Assembly: GCF_000332175.1 (NCBI RefSeq)
Contig: NZ_KB235914.1
Coordinates: 4,121,793 to 4,185,792 of the forward strand
Length of the DNA stretch: 64,000 bases
Direction of reading: 5' to 3'
From: Pseudanabaena sp. PCC 6802
GTDB lineage: Bacteria > Cyanobacteriota > Cyanobacteriia > Pseudanabaenales > Pseudanabaenaceae
Each line of letters opens with the position of its first letter. The first letter of the stretch is position 1. The notes under the pieces were generated by a model, which did not search any database, was not told where the DNA came from, and was given only the letters and a program-made list of their open reading frames with translations. Position numbers and translations under genes: made by a program. This document shows positions 21,379 through 29,838 of the stretch, one piece after another.

Positions 21379-21978
21379 CTAAAGGTTATCGAGCGGGAAA
21401 TTAAGTAGCGATCGCGCCTCGAAGTGAAAGTCGGTTTTCGGTTTGATAATTGCGTATAGTTTCACATCTACGTATTGCTCCCTAATAAAGGCGTATTCCC
21501 GCAATATACCCTCATATTGCATCCCTACTTTTTCCATAACGCGAGCCGAGGCAGCATTATCTACCATGCAGGTAGCTTGAATGCGGTTGAGCAGCATGGC
21601 ATGAAATCCGAACGAAATAACCGCCCGCACTGCCTCTGTCATATATCCCTGTCCCCAATACGGGCGAGCCAGCACGTAACCGATCTCGGCACGAGCATGG
21701 TTTGGTTCCCAATTAATCAGCCCACAGGTGCCGATCAGTTTACTATTGCCCCTGTGCACGATGCCCCAATCCATTGGCCTTTCTGTATAGTACTTGTGCA
21801 TTACAGACTCCAGAAACTGCTGGCTGTCCGCGATTGTTTGATGGGTCGACCAACTCGTATACCTGGTAACTTCCGGATCGCTGGCATATTCAAACACCTC
21901 CGTTGCATCGCTCATCTGCAATTGCCGCAACAGCAGGCGATCGGTTGTTAAGGTTAGTAGTAAATCTGGAACATCCAA
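21379..21978 (-). CDS. GNAT family N-acetyltransferase (RimJ/RimL-like)
   Basis: LLLRQLQMSDA...IGTCGL...RPYWGQGYMTEAVRAV motifs. Confidence 0.8.
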   Translation of the reverse strand: MDVPDLLLTLTTDRLLLRQLQMSDATEVFEYASDPEVTRYTSWSTHQTIADSQQFLESVMHKYYTERPMDWGIVHRGNSKLIGTCGLINWEPNHARAEIGYVLARPYWGQGYMTEAVRAVISFGFHAMLLNRIQATCMVDNAASARVMEKVGMQYEGILREYAFIREQYVDVKLYAIIKPKTDFHFEARSLLNFPLDNL

Positions 21979-21982
21979 AACT

Positions 21983-22705
21983 CTAGCCTCCCATTTCCCG
22001 CTGAATCCGCTCTAAGTCCCGCTTCACCTCAAAGCAAAGCTCGCGGTTGCCTGGATCGGTATTCATAGCTTTGGTGAGGTAAGCTTCAGCTTCCTTCAAC
22101 TTGCCAGCCACAAGTAACTCGCTACCGCGACGTTGGTAGGTAACGGCTTGCCAATGAACCACCTCAGGCGCATTTTTATAGCGCTCTCGCAAACCCTCAG
22201 CAATGGCGATCGCCACCACATATTTCTTTTGCTTTAATAACTCCATCAGCCGCCCCAACATATCGACTTTTAGCCTTACTTCTGGATCTGTGGCGATCGG
22301 GTCTTGCTTTTGCCGAACTTCTTTGGTTTCGATCTTGATTTTAGGTTGGGGGTTGGAAGTTTTAGTTTTTTGGGGTTGGGGGTTGGGTTTAGGTTGAGGG
22401 TTAGGGGTTGGGGGTTGGGGGTTGGGAGTTTTAGTTTTTTGGGGTTGGGGGTTGGGTTTGGGTTGGGGAGATGAAGTAGGTGTGCGGGATGCACGGGATT
22501 GTGGTTGTGGCATCACGCCAGCGGCTGCATCTTTTAAAATTTGATATGCCTCCTGCACGAGACGAAACTTGTCGGCGGCGGCGGGGTCGCCCTGGTTGAC
22601 ATCGGGATGGTACTTGCGTGCCATGCGACGATAGGCAACCTTGACATCTTCAGGCGAAGCATTACGGGGTAACCCCAGCAATCTATAGCATTCCGAAAGT
22701 TGCAT
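21983..22705 (-). CDS. J-domain (DnaJ-like) protein with PNPQP-rich linker
   Basis: YRLLGLPRNASPEDVKVAYRRMARKYHPDVN J-domain with HPD; (PNPQP/QKTKT) repeats encoded by ggttgggg tandem DNA repeats. Confidence 0.8.
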   Translation of the reverse strand: MQLSECYRLLGLPRNASPEDVKVAYRRMARKYHPDVNQGDPAAADKFRLVQEAYQILKDAAAGVMPQPQSRASRTPTSSPQPKPNPQPQKTKTPNPQPPTPNPQPKPNPQPQKTKTSNPQPKIKIETKEVRQKQDPIATDPEVRLKVDMLGRLMELLKQKKYVVAIAIAEGLRERYKNAPEVVHWQAVTYQRRGSELLVAGKLKEAEAYLTKAMNTDPGNRELCFEVKRDLERIQREMGG

Positions 22706-22914
22706 CCAGGTTAGGCAGTGGTAAGGAAGGTACAGCTAGCAAAGTATAACTCAGCATCAAAGCTTAGAAACAAGTTTGGTAAACAAACAAGCAGTTACTA
22801 GGTAACCTAGCACTGAAGTTATTGAGATCGCCTTCGACTACCTACTATCAGCCCCATCCCGCCTATAACTTATAGTTTTGGAAGGATCGACTTGCGGTAA
22901 ATTATTTTGAGGCT

Positions 22915-23514
22915 TTGACTGAGGTGAAGCTTGATTCTTACCCTGACTATTCTTTTGCGATTCGTTTGCCATCTCTAAAAATTCTTGCAATGACTAACAT
23001 TAGACTTACCTATGAGTATACTTTAAACTCAATTAAGGTTGTAGATGAAAGTATTGATAAAATAAACACAAAGCTTGCCATAGTTATTACTCTCAGTGGA
23101 GTTCTAGTTAACTTTGGGAAGGACTTACCCGGCTATTCTACAACCATATGTGAAAAAGTTAATTACCCTTGCCCAGCTTGCTATTTCATGAAGCTGGCAG
23201 CATATGTCTGCATTATCATTGCTATTGGACTAGGTTTATGGGGATTATCGCCTGCTAGCGCTGGTAAGATAGTCTTGCCAGAACAGCTACTTATGGATGA
23301 GTGGAATCTAGCAAGTGAAGAAGATTACATGACTGCGCTAATTCAATATTTAGAGAAAGAAACACTGCTAGTACTCAACAAAATTCGAGATAAAAAAGCT
23401 AGCACGCTAGATTGCGCTGTTCGCTTCATAGCAGCTTCTGTCGTACTGTTAATCTTAGATGAAATCTTAGTAACTTCTATCCCGATACTTGGGAAGCTTT
23501 GCCTGAACCTGTAA
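22915..23514 (+). CDS. Hypothetical membrane protein in AT-rich island
   Basis: ORF with 2-3 hydrophobic segments; markedly AT-rich relative to flanks; no recognised domain. Confidence 0.4.
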   Translation: MTEVKLDSYPDYSFAIRLPSLKILAMTNIRLTYEYTLNSIKVVDESIDKINTKLAIVITLSGVLVNFGKDLPGYSTTICEKVNYPCPACYFMKLAAYVCIIIAIGLGLWGLSPASAGKIVLPEQLLMDEWNLASEEDYMTALIQYLEKETLLVLNKIRDKKASTLDCAVRFIAASVVLLILDEILVTSIPILGKLCLNL

Positions 23515-23623
23515 TTGCGACTTTGAATTAGGGCAAATTGCTCTAAGAATTAATTTAACAAAGTATAAATACTTAGTGCTTTTACTGCTTCTGAATTTAA
23601 CCGCAAGCTCCTTAGCTCTCATT

Positions 23624-24625
23624 CTAAATTTGGCACTTTGATTCAAGAAGGCAAGGACGATCGGAGTCGCCGACTTCGATTTGAACAGTGGCATGGTGAA
23701 TGCCGAAGCGATCGCGTAACTCTTGAGCAATCTGAGTCAGAAACATATCGCCTGGATGTCCTGTAGGGATAACTAGATGGGCTGTCAAAGCAGTTTCCAC
23801 CGTACTCATGCTCCAAATGTGTAAGTCATGTACCTGAGCTACGCCCGAGTGCTCGGAGAGATAGGTACGAACCGCACGTTCGTCAATGTTATGCGGGACT
23901 CCATCAATTGCCAGGTGAAACGAATCTTTTAATAGTCCCCAAGTGCCGAACACGATCGCAAAACTGATAATCAAGCTAACTGCTGGATCTAGCCATAACC
24001 AGTGGGTAAACAAAATGGCAATGCCTGCTATAACTACGCCCAGCGATACCATTGCATCTGCCATCATGTGTTGAAATGCAGCTCGAATATTCAGGTCTCC
24101 TTTACGACCTGACAAAAACATCAAGGCCGTGCCAGTATTAATTGCAATGCCAACAATCGCAACTCCGATTACGATCGCACCATTCACCTCACCAGGATGA
24201 ACTAGTCGCTGAATGGCCTCCCAAATAATTCCACCTGTTGCAACCAGCAGAAAGACAGCATTGAGAAAAGCAGCGAGAACCGATGACTTGCGCCATCCAT
24301 AGGTGTATCGAGCAGAGGGCTGACGACGAGCCAACAAACTTGCAATCCATGCCAGCAATAACCCTAAAACATCGCTGAGGTTATGTCCTGCATCTGCAAT
24401 AAGCGCCACCGAGTTAGCCAGAACTCCAAAGATAAGCTCTGTGACGACAAATCCTCCGTTCAGTAGCAGCCCCAAAACAAAAGCCCGATTGTAATTGGTA
24501 GAGTGATGCCCGCGATCGCCATGGGAATGTTCGTGGTGATTATGTGCATGTTTATGACCATGTCGATGTGTCATAAATTCAAGATCCCAAATGTTGCCAG
24601 AGAATCGATAAAGTTCCCCTAGCAT
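23624..24625 (-). CDS. Cation diffusion facilitator (CzcD-type) metal efflux transporter with His-rich N-terminus
   Basis: HGHKHAHNHHEHSHGDRGHH tract then CDF TM motifs (LIADAGHNLSDV...); alternative ATG at 24574. Confidence 0.85.
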   Translation of the reverse strand: MLGELYRFSGNIWDLEFMTHRHGHKHAHNHHEHSHGDRGHHSTNYNRAFVLGLLLNGGFVVTELIFGVLANSVALIADAGHNLSDVLGLLLAWIASLLARRQPSARYTYGWRKSSVLAAFLNAVFLLVATGGIIWEAIQRLVHPGEVNGAIVIGVAIVGIAINTGTALMFLSGRKGDLNIRAAFQHMMADAMVSLGVVIAGIAILFTHWLWLDPAVSLIISFAIVFGTWGLLKDSFHLAIDGVPHNIDERAVRTYLSEHSGVAQVHDLHIWSMSTVETALTAHLVIPTGHPGDMFLTQIAQELRDRFGIHHATVQIEVGDSDRPCLLESKCQI

Positions 24626-24767
24626 TCTAGTCCAGAATCCTTACGAGTTTGGGTATTCTTTCGTATATAAAATGGTTCTCATTCTCAAGTTCTAGCCTCA
24701 GAACCCATCAATGACCTATCGCTTGTTTCTCTATAAAGAGCCAAGCGGCATACTAATTCGTTCAGGT

Positions 24768-25058
24768 TTATTCAGGCTTTTTGCGAACCGAATACTTACC
24801 TTTCGCTGTTACGGGCGATCCCTTATTCTCTGCTAAAAGTTTCATGTATTGGTCTATTGCCTTTTCCTTGGAGGGATATTCTGCAATCACGTGAATTTTA
24901 CGGCTATGGGCCATTTCCATTACTACTTGGGTCAACGTAGAAGTCATAGGTGTTACCGTACCCTTTTTATACAAGAAATAATAGCGACAGAAACTTATAT
25001 GCAAAAAGATTCCCAAATTTTGCCGATTTCGATCGCATAAACAGCAAAAAATCAGCAA
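24768..25058 (-). CDS. Small hypothetical protein (true start possibly ATG at 24947, MTSTLTQVV...)
   Basis: ORF co-oriented 24 bp downstream of the nitrate-reductase-associated gene; no domain recognised. Confidence 0.35.
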   Translation of the reverse strand: MLIFCCLCDRNRQNLGIFLHISFCRYYFLYKKGTVTPMTSTLTQVVMEMAHSRKIHVIAEYPSKEKAIDQYMKLLAENKGSPVTAKGKYSVRKKPE

Positions 25059-25082
25059 ACTAAGTTGGAAAATTTGAGAAGA

Positions 25083-25538
25083 CTACAACAAAAGCTGAAA
25101 TTCCTTAAGGGCAGGCACGAAGTTACTATTCTCGTGGCTGGAACGACTGAGCTTAATCAAGACAAACCGTTGTAAAGGCAGCAGACCTGCCCACTGTGCT
25201 GGGGAAAGTACTGCCCCTACTTCTTGTAATTTTGCCTGCACTTCCGCAGGGATATTTTGCGCGTCTTCCCAGGCAGGCTCAGGATCGATGGTTAGCGGGG
25301 TGGCGCGATCGCCAGTACATTCCCGTATCAAATCCTGGAGGAACTGATGGTAGTTTTGCACCTCTGGTTGAGTCTTGCAGGGCATGTCTACTAAAAGTTG
25401 GCGCTGGGCGCGGCTAAATTTATGCCATTCTGCTAGTTTGAGCTTGATGCCGCAGGTATCTAACTTAAACCGCACTTGCATTGGAATGCAACGCAGCGAT
25501 TCCACAAAGTCAGCTTCAAAGTTAAATAGATCGTTCAT
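25083..25538 (-). CDS. Nitrate reductase-associated protein family (TIGR02664-like), tentative
   Basis: MNDLFNFEADFVESLRCIPMQVRFKLDTCGIKLKLAEW resembles the conserved N-terminus I recall for this family; start at ATG 25538 (track start 25559 is TTG). Confidence 0.5.
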   Translation of the reverse strand: MNDLFNFEADFVESLRCIPMQVRFKLDTCGIKLKLAEWHKFSRAQRQLLVDMPCKTQPEVQNYHQFLQDLIRECTGDRATPLTIDPEPAWEDAQNIPAEVQAKLQEVGAVLSPAQWAGLLPLQRFVLIKLSRSSHENSNFVPALKEFQLLL

Positions 25539-25710
25539 GTGGTGTGCTGCCAGACCCAACCTGTTAATAACCCTACAACTTTTAAACTAATTTGGGTAGA
25601 TTTCCCTACTCTAACAAACCTGAGATTCGGGGTTATGATGAGGTCAGATTGTAGGTGTGTTTGCGCATACACTTAGAGTCAACAGTTTTGAACGGTAAGG
25701 GCAACTAGTT

Positions 25711-26082
25711 ATGAGATTCTATACGTTTGGCAACGGCGGCGGCAATGAAGATCGATTTGCAGGTCTGCGATTCTGGCTTACCGTATTTTTAGTAATTTGG
25801 GGCTTGAGCGCCCTCGGTCTTGGCTGGCTGGTTGATTCGTTGTTTATTTTGATCGCGATCGCTACAGTCGCTCCCATAGTTGCATTCTTTGGCCTCCAGT
25901 GGTGGGTGAAGCGCAGCATTATCACTTCAGAATGCCCGGTATGCGGTCATGTTTCCATGGCATCTCGCAACAGCCAGTTTAACTGCCCCAGTTGTGGCGA
26001 ACTTTTGCAGGTGGAGAAGCAAAAGTTCGTACGATTTACGCCACCAGGGACGATTGACGTAGAGGTACAGGCAGTTGATTAG
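25711..26082 (+). CDS. Hypothetical membrane protein with C-terminal zinc-ribbon (CPVCGH...CPSCGE)
   Basis: Two TM segments followed by CxxC...CxxC. Confidence 0.45.
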   Translation: MRFYTFGNGGGNEDRFAGLRFWLTVFLVIWGLSALGLGWLVDSLFILIAIATVAPIVAFFGLQWWVKRSIITSECPVCGHVSMASRNSQFNCPSCGELLQVEKQKFVRFTPPGTIDVEVQAVD

Positions 26083-26083
26083 T

Positions 26084-26181
26084 TGGGTGATGGGTGATGG
26101 GCGATGGGTAATGGGCGATGGGCGATGGGCGATGGGTGATGGGTGATGGGTAATGGGCGATGGGTGATGGGTGATGGGCGA
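26084..26181. repeat. Heptanucleotide tandem repeat (GGGTGAT/GGGCGAT/GGGTAAT) x14, STRR-like
   Basis: Direct reading; starts 1 nt after stop of preceding ORF. Confidence 0.95.
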
Positions 26182-26213
26182 TAACGCAGGGGTTTCGCAT
26201 TTGTCCGACCATC

Positions 26214-26258
26214 TTTGCATCAAACCCAAGCATTAGTGACAAATGCTAAACCCTTACT
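26214..26258. repeat. Dispersed about 45-bp hairpin repeat (tYYgcatcaaacNcaagcatt..caaatgctaaacccttact); second copy at 3731..3775
   Basis: Two near-identical copies each immediately downstream of an ORF stop; internal palindrome agcatt/aatgct. Confidence 0.8.
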
Positions 26259-26380
26259 TACCGTTCGTTCCATACCGTTTGCCATCCCCATACCGTTCGT
26301 TCCATACTGTTTGCCATCCCCATACCGTTCGTTTCATACCATTTGCCATCCCCATACCGTTCGTTCCATACCAGCCGATC
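26259..26380. repeat. 32-bp tandem repeat x about 3.6 (cataccgttcgttccataccgtttgccatccc)
   Basis: Direct reading; contains internal 11-bp sub-repeat ccataccgttY. Confidence 0.9.
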
Positions 26381-26415
26381 GCTGACAGCTATTTATTCCC
26401 TACCGTAAAAGAAGC

Positions 26416-27894
26416 GTGGATATCTATTGCACCCGTCCTGGCTGCCCTAAGCCGCTTAACTCGTTTGCCGATCTCGATACTAGCGGCACGATTAAAACTA
26501 TTACGCAAAAGTTTTGTACTAGCTGTGGTATGCCACTCATCCTCGGCGGTCGGTATATTACAGAGAAACCTCTAGCCAGGGGTGGGTTTGGCGCAACTTT
26601 TACCGCAGTCGATCGCTACACGCCTTCGATGCGGCGCTGCGTGGTGAAGCAACTGTTGCCGATCGGGTTAAATCCCAAGCAAATGCAATTTGCCAAAGAA
26701 TTATTCGAGCGTGAAGGTACAGTACTGGATCGGTTGGGCGGGCACCCCCAAATTCCTGACTTACTAGCTTTTTTTGAGGTGCAAGCACCATCGCGCAGTC
26801 CCGCCAATCCCGATCAGTTTTTTTATCTGGTACAGGAATTTATTGACGGGCTGACATTAGAGCAGGTAGTAGAGCAGCACGGCGCACTGAAAGAAGACGA
26901 AGTATTGGAGATTATGACTAGCCTGCTTCCTGTTTTGCAGTTCGTCCATGAAAGCAACTCTATTCACCGCGATATCAAACCCTCGAATATTATGGTGCGC
27001 CCGCAGGATGGCAGATATTTCCTGCTTGATTTTGGAGCGGTGAAGTTGGTGACCGCAGCAGCGGCAGGGCAGAAATCTACAGGTATCTTTACCCCAGGGT
27101 TCGCGGCACCGGAACAAATGCGGAGCGATGCAGTTTTTCCTTCTACCGACTTGTATGCATTTGCAGTCACCTGCATTTATCTGCTCACGGCCATGCAACC
27201 TGAGGATCTATTCGATCCGGCCACGAATAGCTGGAACTGGCGATCGCATGTAGTTGTAAGTTCGCAACTTGCCAATATCTTAAATAAGATGTTAGCCAAT
27301 GCCCCCAGCGATCGCTTCAGTTCGGCAGCGGAAGTATTAGCTGTCCTAACTGGCTCTCAGCAAGCAGTTTCACCTACTCCATCTAAACCAATTGCCCCCA
27401 CAGCCCCCTCTACTCCTCCAATTTCCATCATCCCCTCTAACCCCCAACCAACCCCCAACCCCCAACCCCCAGCCCCCGTCGCTCGCCAGGTACCGCATCC
27501 TCGCCCAGTTCGGCCTCCATCGCCACCCTTGGTTTTACCACCTCTGGGCAATCAGCTATTCGCTGCTTTTCTGATGGGATTTGAGGGAATGGCATTGGGG
27601 ATTATTGCCCATAGCGTCGGCTTAGCTTTAATCGGCCCATTTAGCTATGCCATCCTGGCTGGAGTAATGCTGGCATTTCTGTGGCTGCGCTCCAGTCAGA
27701 TTATGGATAACAAGGATTTGCTATTTCTAGTTGGGATCACCGCACTTTTGTTGTGGCTGAGTAAGATATTTCTCAACTGGGCAACCCCACCTTTACCAGA
27801 TATGTTTCTATTAGCTGCGATCGCGGGGTTTGCTACAGTAGCGATTATTACTTTATTCCGTCTGGTCTACCAGACCATCTACAGTCTGCTGTGA
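26416..27894 (+). CDS. Ser/Thr protein kinase with N-terminal zinc ribbon and C-terminal transmembrane region
   Basis: CTRPGC...CTSCG zinc ribbon; GGFGATF, VVKQL, HRDIKPSNIMV, DFG, APE all intact; Pro-rich (PNPQP) linker; 3-4 hydrophobic helices at C-terminus; GTG start. Confidence 0.85.
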   Translation: MDIYCTRPGCPKPLNSFADLDTSGTIKTITQKFCTSCGMPLILGGRYITEKPLARGGFGATFTAVDRYTPSMRRCVVKQLLPIGLNPKQMQFAKELFEREGTVLDRLGGHPQIPDLLAFFEVQAPSRSPANPDQFFYLVQEFIDGLTLEQVVEQHGALKEDEVLEIMTSLLPVLQFVHESNSIHRDIKPSNIMVRPQDGRYFLLDFGAVKLVTAAAAGQKSTGIFTPGFAAPEQMRSDAVFPSTDLYAFAVTCIYLLTAMQPEDLFDPATNSWNWRSHVVVSSQLANILNKMLANAPSDRFSSAAEVLAVLTGSQQAVSPTPSKPIAPTAPSTPPISIIPSNPQPTPNPQPPAPVARQVPHPRPVRPPSPPLVLPPLGNQLFAAFLMGFEGMALGIIAHSVGLALIGPFSYAILAGVMLAFLWLRSSQIMDNKDLLFLVGITALLLWLSKIFLNWATPPLPDMFLLAAIAGFATVAIITLFRLVYQTIYSLL

Positions 27895-27916
27895 GCATGT
27901 CGAAGCGAGTTAATAG

Positions 27917-29800
27917 TTACAGGCTTAATCTTCTACCTATCTCCCAAATGCCGATTGTTTTATCTTTACTGGTAGTTGCGAGAGAGAAACCCCGATCGGG
28001 GGCGATCGCCCTAACTGCTAGATCGAAAATAGAATCCTGGTGACCTTCTAATACAGCCAATTCCTCGCCAGTTTCAATATCCCAAAGTTTTATTTTTTTA
28101 TCCCAACTCGCACTTAATAGTAGGGTTTTGGAATTGGGTAAAAAAGCAATGCAGGAAACCGACCAACTATGCCCGGATAGATTGCGTAGCAATTGATGGG
28201 TTTTTAAGTCCCAAATCTTAATATCTTTGCCATCGCCAGCACTGGCTAGAATGCTGGCATCGGCATTAAAAGCCACGGATTTAATCGCCCAATTGTGCCC
28301 CTTTAAACTATGCTTTAACTCCCAATTATCAGTTTGCCAAATCTTCACTATGCGGTCTTGAGATGCACTTGCCAATAGAGGCGATCCGATCGCAAATTGC
28401 ACGTCAGTTACGGCTAAGCTATGTGCTGCTAAAGTGGTAATTAGCTCTTTAGTTTGGCGATCCCAAATTCTTATTTTTTTATCAATATGAGCGCTGGCTA
28501 GCATGGGAAGACCAGGATGAAGGGCGATCACAGCTACTCCACTGCCCGTGTCTAATTCGTGGACGATATCGCTATCTGCATTGCGACCGCCGTTCCAACG
28601 CCAGAAATAGATCTTACCTTTACGATCGCCACTAATTAAGATATTGGTATTTGGAACGAATTTAATATCTGCGATCTGCCCCTGATGCCCGTATAGATTT
28701 ACAATCCTGTCCCCTGTTTCTACTTCCGAGATCGAGATCTTTTTGTCCTCACCACCACTGGCGATAAACTTGCCATCGTCGCTATAATCAATGCAATTCA
28801 GTCCTGCGAAAAGTTCCTCGTCAGCGCGCAGAAACTTCTGACAGGTCCAGGTATATTCGAGTGCGTCCTGGTGCCTTTTCTTGCGAGCGATCGCGCTTTC
28901 CCAATCTGTGACGCTACATCCCATCATGCGTAAAACATCTGACGGAGAGCGCAGCCTTCGATCGAGATCTGGGACAATTAACTTATCGATTAACTCGCCT
29001 AATCTCTCGCGGCGATCGCTATTTACTTCTGCTTTGCTAATTTGCCAATTATCCCGCCATACCCAGCTACGATCGATCGTATTGAAGACATCGAAGGGGC
29101 GCAATCCTGTCAACAGATATACACAAACTAAACCCAAACTATAAAGATCGCTCGCAAAACACACTGTCCCTTCCAAACTTTCTGGCGCTGAAAATTCAGC
29201 AGAACCAGAGTATATATCCAGAGAAGTATCAGACTGAATATTGCGATCGCCTTTAACTTTGGTTAAGCTCATCCAATCCACTAAAATAAACTTATTTAGC
29301 TTATCTGAATAAATAATATTTTGCGGTTCGATTTCTCGATGAATTAACTTGTAACTGTGCAGATGATGTAGAACGGGCAGGATATTGAGGAGAACTTGCC
29401 AAACGCGATCGACCGCAAAAGTGCCAGAGCGATTTACCAATGTTTCCAGATTATTACCTTCGATAAATCCTCTTACCAAATAGCAATAACTATCTGTCTC
29501 AAAGCTATCGATATAATCGGGAATATCAGGATGCGGTTCGATCTCTTTTAGATAAGTAACGAGGCGGTTGAAATAGTTATTGTAGGGGTTATCTTTGTGA
29601 ATTTGTCTTAGAATACAAGAATTGGTATTGAGGCGATCGCTGACTCGAAAAACCTGACTGCGATTATTTTTATGTAAAATCGCGATCGCTTGATAGCGAT
29701 CTTTCAGACTTAAAGCAGCTCCGCAGTTGTGGCAAAACTGAGAGTCATTATCTCGATTAATTTGCAAACAATTGGGATTGAAACAGTATACCCTTGGCAT
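27917..29800 (-). CDS. Predicted pseudokinase (degenerate STK domain) with N-terminal zinc ribbon and C-terminal WD40 beta-propeller
   Basis: CFNPNC...CHNCG zinc ribbon; kinase-like fold but HRD replaced by HREIEPQN, no beta3 Lys (CILRQI), DFG replaced by DWM; about 7 WD40 units (GHxxxV...WD). Confidence 0.8.
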   Translation of the reverse strand: MPRVYCFNPNCLQINRDNDSQFCHNCGAALSLKDRYQAIAILHKNNRSQVFRVSDRLNTNSCILRQIHKDNPYNNYFNRLVTYLKEIEPHPDIPDYIDSFETDSYCYLVRGFIEGNNLETLVNRSGTFAVDRVWQVLLNILPVLHHLHSYKLIHREIEPQNIIYSDKLNKFILVDWMSLTKVKGDRNIQSDTSLDIYSGSAEFSAPESLEGTVCFASDLYSLGLVCVYLLTGLRPFDVFNTIDRSWVWRDNWQISKAEVNSDRRERLGELIDKLIVPDLDRRLRSPSDVLRMMGCSVTDWESAIARKKRHQDALEYTWTCQKFLRADEELFAGLNCIDYSDDGKFIASGGEDKKISISEVETGDRIVNLYGHQGQIADIKFVPNTNILISGDRKGKIYFWRWNGGRNADSDIVHELDTGSGVAVIALHPGLPMLASAHIDKKIRIWDRQTKELITTLAAHSLAVTDVQFAIGSPLLASASQDRIVKIWQTDNWELKHSLKGHNWAIKSVAFNADASILASAGDGKDIKIWDLKTHQLLRNLSGHSWSVSCIAFLPNSKTLLLSASWDKKIKLWDIETGEELAVLEGHQDSIFDLAVRAIAPDRGFSLATTSKDKTIGIWEIGRRLSL

Positions 29801-29838
29801 GATTATATTGAAAATTATTCTGAGAAAAAAGGAATCTG

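Noticed and set aside
26084-26380. Possible CRISPR array
   Set aside because: The units are only 7 bp and 32 bp with no unique spacers between them, and there are no cas genes.
25927-26575. ORFs 25927..26229(-), 26036..26242(-) and 26243..26575(+) encoding SPITHHP and PYRL repeats
   Set aside because: They are translations of the heptamer and 32-bp intergenic tandem repeats. The last one overlaps the kinase start.
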